64,000 nt of DNA, from NCBI RefSeq assembly GCF_003334815.1, contig NZ_QOWO01000008.1, one strand, 5' to 3'. The notes beneath the pieces were generated by a model. It saw only the letters and a list, made by a program, of their open reading frames with translations. It did not search any database and was not told the DNA's origin. The stretch's first letter is position 1, and each line of letters opens with the position of its first letter. Of this stretch, positions 59,568 through 64,000 are shown piece by piece. The stretch comes from Escherichia coli. Its GTDB lineage: Bacteria > Pseudomonadota > Gammaproteobacteria > Enterobacterales > Enterobacteriaceae. A program made the translations under genes and the position numbers.

Positions 59568-60974
59568 ATGGCAAGTATTTCATCGCTGGGAGTCGGGTCA
59601 GGCCTGGATTTAAGTTCAATCCTTGATAGCCTCACCGCCGCGCAAAAAGCGACGCTAACCCCTATTTCAAATCAGCAATCGTCGTTTACCGCTAAACTTA
59701 GCGCCTACGGTACGCTGAAAAGCGCGTTGACGACTTTCCAGACCGCCAATACTGCATTGTCTAAAGCCGATCTTTTTTCCGCCACCAGCACTACCAGCAG
59801 CACCACCGCGTTCAGTGCCACCACCGCGGGTAACGCCATCGCCGGGAAATACACCATCAGCGTCACCCATCTGGCGCAGGCGCAAACCCTGACCACGCGC
59901 ACCACCAGAGATGATACGAAAACGGCGATCGCCACCAGCGACAGTAAACTCACCATTCAACAAGGCGGCGACAAAGATCCGATTACCATTGATATCAGCG
60001 CGGCTAACTCGTCGTTAAGCGGGATCCGTGATGCCATCAACAACGCAAAAGCGGGCGTAAGTGCGAGCATCATTAACGTGGGTAACGGTGAATATCGTCT
60101 GTCAGTCACATCAAATGACACCGGCCTTGACAATGCGATGACACTCTCGGTCAGCGGTGATGATGCGCTACAAAGTTTTATGGGCTATGACGCCAGTGCC
60201 AGCAGCAACGGCATGGAAGTCTCGGTCGCCGCCCAGAATGCGCAGCTGACGGTCAACAACGTCGCCATTGAGAACAGCAGCAACACCATCAGCGACGCGC
60301 TGGAAAACATCACCCTGAACCTGAACGATGTCACCACGGGCAACCAGACGCTGACCATCACTCAGGACACCTCCAAAGCGCAAACGGCGATTAAAGACTG
60401 GGTGAATGCCTATAACTCGCTAATAGATACCTTCAGCAGCCTGACCAAATACACCGCCGTAGATGCGGGAGCTGATAGCCAAAGCTCTAGCAATGGCGCA
60501 CTGCTCGGCGACTCCACGCTGCGGACGATTCAGACGCAGTTGAAGTCGATGCTGAGTAATACCGTCAGTTCTTCCAGCTATAAAACGTTGGCGCAGATTG
60601 GTATCACGACCGATCCCAGCGATGGCAAACTGGAACTGGATGCCGACAAACTCACCGCTGCACTGAAAAAAGATGCCAGCGGCGTAGGTGCATTGATTGT
60701 TGGCGATGGTAAAAAAACCGGCATCACAACCACCATCGGCAGCAACCTGACCAGTTGGCTTTCGACAACGGGCATTATTAAAGCCGCTACCGATGGCGTT
60801 AGTAAGACTCTGAATAAATTAACTAAAGACTACAACGCCGCCAGCGATCGCATTGATGCGCAGGTCGCGCGCTACAAAGAACAATTTACCCAACTGGACG
60901 TTTTAATGACCTCGTTAAACAGCACCAGCAGCTACTTAACGCAGCAGTTCGAAAACAACAGTAATTCCAAGTAA
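59568..60974 (+). CDS. fliD: Flagellar filament cap protein FliD
   Basis: 468 aa, MASISSLGVGSGLDLSSILDSL. Confidence 0.95.
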   Translation: MASISSLGVGSGLDLSSILDSLTAAQKATLTPISNQQSSFTAKLSAYGTLKSALTTFQTANTALSKADLFSATSTTSSTTAFSATTAGNAIAGKYTISVTHLAQAQTLTTRTTRDDTKTAIATSDSKLTIQQGGDKDPITIDISAANSSLSGIRDAINNAKAGVSASIINVGNGEYRLSVTSNDTGLDNAMTLSVSGDDALQSFMGYDASASSNGMEVSVAAQNAQLTVNNVAIENSSNTISDALENITLNLNDVTTGNQTLTITQDTSKAQTAIKDWVNAYNSLIDTFSSLTKYTAVDAGADSQSSSNGALLGDSTLRTIQTQLKSMLSNTVSSSSYKTLAQIGITTDPSDGKLELDADKLTAALKKDASGVGALIVGDGKKTGITTTIGSNLTSWLSTTGIIKAATDGVSKTLNKLTKDYNAASDRIDAQVARYKEQFTQLDVLMTSLNSTSSYLTQQFENNSNSK

Positions 60975-60998
60975 TCAATATTCATCGGGAGACAGGTC

Positions 60999-61409
60999 AT
61001 GTACGCGGCAAAAGGCACCCAGGCCTATGCACAAATTGGCGTCGAAAGCGCCGTAATGAGCGCCAGCCAGCAGCAGCTGGTCACCATGCTATTTGATGGA
61101 GTGCTGAGCGCACTGGTTAGAGCGCGCCTGTTTATGCAGGACAACAATCAGCAAGGCAAAGGCGTCTCTTTGTCAAAAGCGATCAACATCATTGAGAACG
61201 GACTGCGGGTGAGTCTTGATGAAGATAGCAAAGACGAATTAACCCAAAACTTGATTGCTCTTTATAGCTATATGGTCAGGCGTTTGCTGCAAGCCAATTT
61301 ACGCAACGATGTCTCCGCAGTCGAAGAAGTGGAAGCATTAATGCGCAATATTGCCGATGCCTGGAAAGAGTCGTTACTCTCCCCTTCTTTGATTCAGGAC
61401 CCAGTCTGA
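60999..61409 (+). CDS. fliS: Flagellin-specific chaperone FliS
   Basis: 136 aa. Confidence 0.95.
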   Translation: MYAAKGTQAYAQIGVESAVMSASQQQLVTMLFDGVLSALVRARLFMQDNNQQGKGVSLSKAINIIENGLRVSLDEDSKDELTQNLIALYSYMVRRLLQANLRNDVSAVEEVEALMRNIADAWKESLLSPSLIQDPV

Positions 61410-61774
61410 TGAACCATGCACCGCATTTGTATTTCGCCTGGCAACAACTCGTCGAAAAAAGCCAGCTCATGTTACGCCTGGCAACGGAAGAACAATGGGA
61501 CGAACTCATCGCCAGCGAAATGGCGTATGTGAATGCGGTGCAGGAGATAGCACACCTGACTGAAGAGGTTGCCCCGTCCACCACGATGCAGGAGCAGCTC
61601 CGCCCGATGCTGCGCCTGATTCTCGACAACGAAAGCAAGGTAAAGCAGTTATTACAGATTCGTATGGATGAACTGGCGAAACTGGTCGGTCAGTCATCGG
61701 TGCAAAAATCGGTGTTAAGTGCCTATGGCGATCAGGGCGGCTTTGTGCTGGCTCCGCAAGATAACTTCTCGTGA
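61409..61774 (+). CDS. fliT: Flagellar chaperone/anti-FlhDC factor FliT
   Basis: 121 aa, start overlaps fliS stop (TGATG). Confidence 0.95.
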   Translation: MNHAPHLYFAWQQLVEKSQLMLRLATEEQWDELIASEMAYVNAVQEIAHLTEEVAPSTTMQEQLRPMLRLILDNESKVKQLLQIRMDELAKLVGQSSVQKSVLSAYGDQGGFVLAPQDNFS

Positions 61775-61851
61775 ATCTTAACGAGCTAATGGTTCGCGAA
61801 TAATCCGATTACGGCTACGCTTCTAATGTTCCCCTTGAATGGAGTCGAAGA

Positions 61852-63339
61852 ATGCGTAATCCCACGCTGTTACAATGTTTTCACTGGTATTACCCGGAAG
61901 GCGGTAAGCTCTGGCCTGAACTGGCCGAGCGCGCCGACGGTTTTAATGATATTGGTATCAATATGGTCTGGTTGCCGCCCGCCTATAAAGGCGCATCGGG
62001 CGGGTATTCGGTCGGCTACGACTCCTATGATTTATTTGATTTAGGCGAGTTTGATCAGAAAGGCAGCATCCCTACTAAATATGGCGATAAAGTACAATTG
62101 CTGGCCGCCATTGACGCCCTGAAACGTAATGACATTGCGGTGCTGTTGGACGTGGTAGTCAACCACAAAATGGGCGCGGATGAAAAAGAAGCTATTCGCG
62201 TGCAGCGTGTAAATGCTGACGACCGTACGCAAATTGATGAAGAAATCATTGAGTGCGAAGGCTGGACGCGTTACACCTTCCCCGCCCGTGCCGGGCAATA
62301 CTCACAGTTTATCTGGGATTTCAAATGTTTTAGCGGTATCGACCATATCGAAAACCCTGATGAAGATGGCATATTTAAAATTGTTAACGACTACACCGGC
62401 GAAGGCTGGAACGATCAGGTTGATGATGAATTAGGTAATTTCGATTATCTGATGGGCGAGAATATCGATTTTCGCAATCATGCCGTGACGGAAGAGATTA
62501 AATACTGGGCGCGCTGGGTGATGGAACAAACGCAATGCGACGGTTTTCGTCTTGATGCGGTCAAACATATACCGGCATGGTTTTATAAAGAGTGGATCGA
62601 ACACGTACAAGAAGTTGCACCAAAGCCGCTGTTTATTGTGGCGGAGTACTGGTCGCATGAAGTCGATAAACTGCAAACGTATATTGATCAGGTGGAAGGC
62701 AAAACCATGCTGTTCGATGCGCCGCTGCAGATGAAATTCCATGAAGCATCGCGCATGGGGCGCGACTACGACATGACGCAGATTTTCACGGGTACATTAG
62801 TGGAAGCCGATCCTTTCCACGCCGTGACGCTCGTTGCCAATCACGACACCCAACCGTTGCAAGCCCTCGAAGCGCCGGTCGAACCGTGGTTTAAACCGCT
62901 GGCGTATGCCTTAATTTTGTTGCGGGAAAATGGCGTTCCTTCGGTATTCTATCCGGACCTCTACGGTGCGCATTACGAAGATGTCGGCGGTGACGGGCAA
63001 ACCTATCCGATAGATATGCCAATAATCGAACAGCTTGATGAGTTAATTCTCGCCCGTCAGCGTTTCGCCCACGGTGTACAGACATTATTTTTCGACCATC
63101 CGAACTGCATTGCCTTTAGCCGCAGTGGCACTGACGAATATCCCGGCTGCGTGGTGGTCATGTCGAACGGGGATGATGGCGAAAAAACCATTAATCTGGG
63201 AGAGAATTACGGCAATAAAACCTGGCGTGATTTTCTGGGGAACCGGCAAGAGAGCGTAGTAACCGACGAAAACGGTGAAGCGACCTTCTTTTGCAACGGC
63301 GGCAGCGTCAGCGTGTGGGTTATCGAAGAGGTGATTTAA
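61852..63339 (+). CDS. amyA: Cytoplasmic alpha-amylase AmyA
   Basis: 495 aa GH13, [21 protein letters not shown]. Confidence 0.95.
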   Translation: MRNPTLLQCFHWYYPEGGKLWPELAERADGFNDIGINMVWLPPAYKGASGGYSVGYDSYDLFDLGEFDQKGSIPTKYGDKVQLLAAIDALKRNDIAVLLDVVVNHKMGADEKEAIRVQRVNADDRTQIDEEIIECEGWTRYTFPARAGQYSQFIWDFKCFSGIDHIENPDEDGIFKIVNDYTGEGWNDQVDDELGNFDYLMGENIDFRNHAVTEEIKYWARWVMEQTQCDGFRLDAVKHIPAWFYKEWIEHVQEVAPKPLFIVAEYWSHEVDKLQTYIDQVEGKTMLFDAPLQMKFHEASRMGRDYDMTQIFTGTLVEADPFHAVTLVANHDTQPLQALEAPVEPWFKPLAYALILLRENGVPSVFYPDLYGAHYEDVGGDGQTYPIDMPIIEQLDELILARQRFAHGVQTLFFDHPNCIAFSRSGTDEYPGCVVVMSNGDDGEKTINLGENYGNKTWRDFLGNRQESVVTDENGEATFFCNGGSVSVWVIEEVI

Positions 63340-63345
63340 ATTCAT

Positions 63346-63366
63346 CCCCGGCGGCAAGCCGGGGAG
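63346..63366. terminator. Putative bidirectional terminator between amyA and yedD
   Basis: ccccggcggcaagccgggg hairpin between convergent genes. Confidence 0.55.
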
Positions 63367-63372
63367 ATTTCA

Positions 63373-63789
63373 TTACGGCAGTGGCGTCGGTAACGGCGCT
63401 TTATCCAGCGCGGCGGCACACTCTGCCGTCGGGCGATCCACACGCTCCATCGTCATACCATCGTACTCAATGGTGTTACCGTCACGCTCAACCTCGTATA
63501 GCTCACGTTTTACGGTAACGTTAGTGAGATCATCAGACATCAATGTCAACTTACCCGGCACGGCAATCACCCGCTGCCACTGACGGCAATCAAGAGTATC
63601 GCCCTCTTTAGTGACAATCAGGCTGCCTATCGCTTCCGGGCTGACCAGCGCACGTTGCGGCCCTTTGGTCTGCCAGTAGCCCGCCAGCCAGTCCGGCGCG
63701 GGGGTTTTCACGACATTGTTATAGTTTTCGACTTCGGCACAGCCCGCCAGCAACATGAGCGCGCCTGCAATTGCGAGTTTTTTCATCAT
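63373..63789 (-). CDS. yedD: Lipoprotein YedD
   Basis: 138 aa ORF with lipobox LAGC. Confidence 0.9.
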   Translation of the reverse strand: MMKKLAIAGALMLLAGCAEVENYNNVVKTPAPDWLAGYWQTKGPQRALVSPEAIGSLIVTKEGDTLDCRQWQRVIAVPGKLTLMSDDLTNVTVKRELYEVERDGNTIEYDGMTMERVDRPTAECAAALDKAPLPTPLP

Positions 63790-63972
63790 TCGTCCTGCAT
63801 GAGAAGAAAAGAAGATTGTGGCATTAAAGCCCTGATGTCGCCAGCCTTTACAGGTTCAGAGAGAAATTTGATCTAACTATTATTTTTGTGAATTATTACC
63901 CCGAAAATAAATTTGCATGATGTATGATTCGCGACTCTTGTTTCAAACCTTCTGAGTTCAGAGGCTACATTC

Positions 63973-64000
63973 ATGTCATGGCAGCAATTCAAACACGCCT
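63973..64000 (+). CDS. yedE: Start of YedE (putative selenium/thiosulfate transporter); truncated at window end
   Basis: ATG followed by SWQQFKHA, matching the YedE N-terminus. Confidence 0.6.

Overview
This window is a contiguous, syntenic block of Escherichia coli core chromosome (the ~42-43 min region of K-12), recognised from the translated ORFs and gene order. It runs znuB(partial)-ruvBA-yebB-ruvC-yebC-nudB-aspS-yecDEN-cmoAB-torZY-cutC-yecM-argS-yecT, then flagellar region II / chemotaxis (flhEAB, cheZYBR, tap, tar, cheWA, motBA, flhCD), then uspC-otsAB-araHGF-ftnB-yecJ-azuC-yecR-ftnA-yecH-tyrP-yecA, a leuZ-cysT-glyW tRNA operon, pgsA-uvrC-uvrY-yecF-sdiA-tcyNL-dcyD-tcyJ, flagellar region IIIa (fliZ, fliA, fliC, fliD, fliS, fliT), and amyA-yedD-yedE(partial). 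Many six-frame ORFs are N-terminally over-extended; I trimmed starts to internal ATG/GTG codons that give the known protein lengths. I also mark REP/BIME repeat clusters, several rho-independent terminators, sigma28 promoters (tar, fliC, fliD), a sigmaE promoter with the MicL sRNA inside cutC, a CRP site upstream of flhDC and the LexA box of ruvAB. I do not see a novel or undescribed system here: there is no inserted accessory island, prophage, integrase, CRISPR array or IS element, and every substantial ORF maps to a known core gene. The differences from K-12 MG1655 that I can see are an uninterrupted flhDC upstream region (no IS) and a fliC allele of 570 aa with a different central domain. 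All identifications are from memory of E. coli sequences, not from a database search; coordinates of short motifs were hand-counted and may be off by a few bases.
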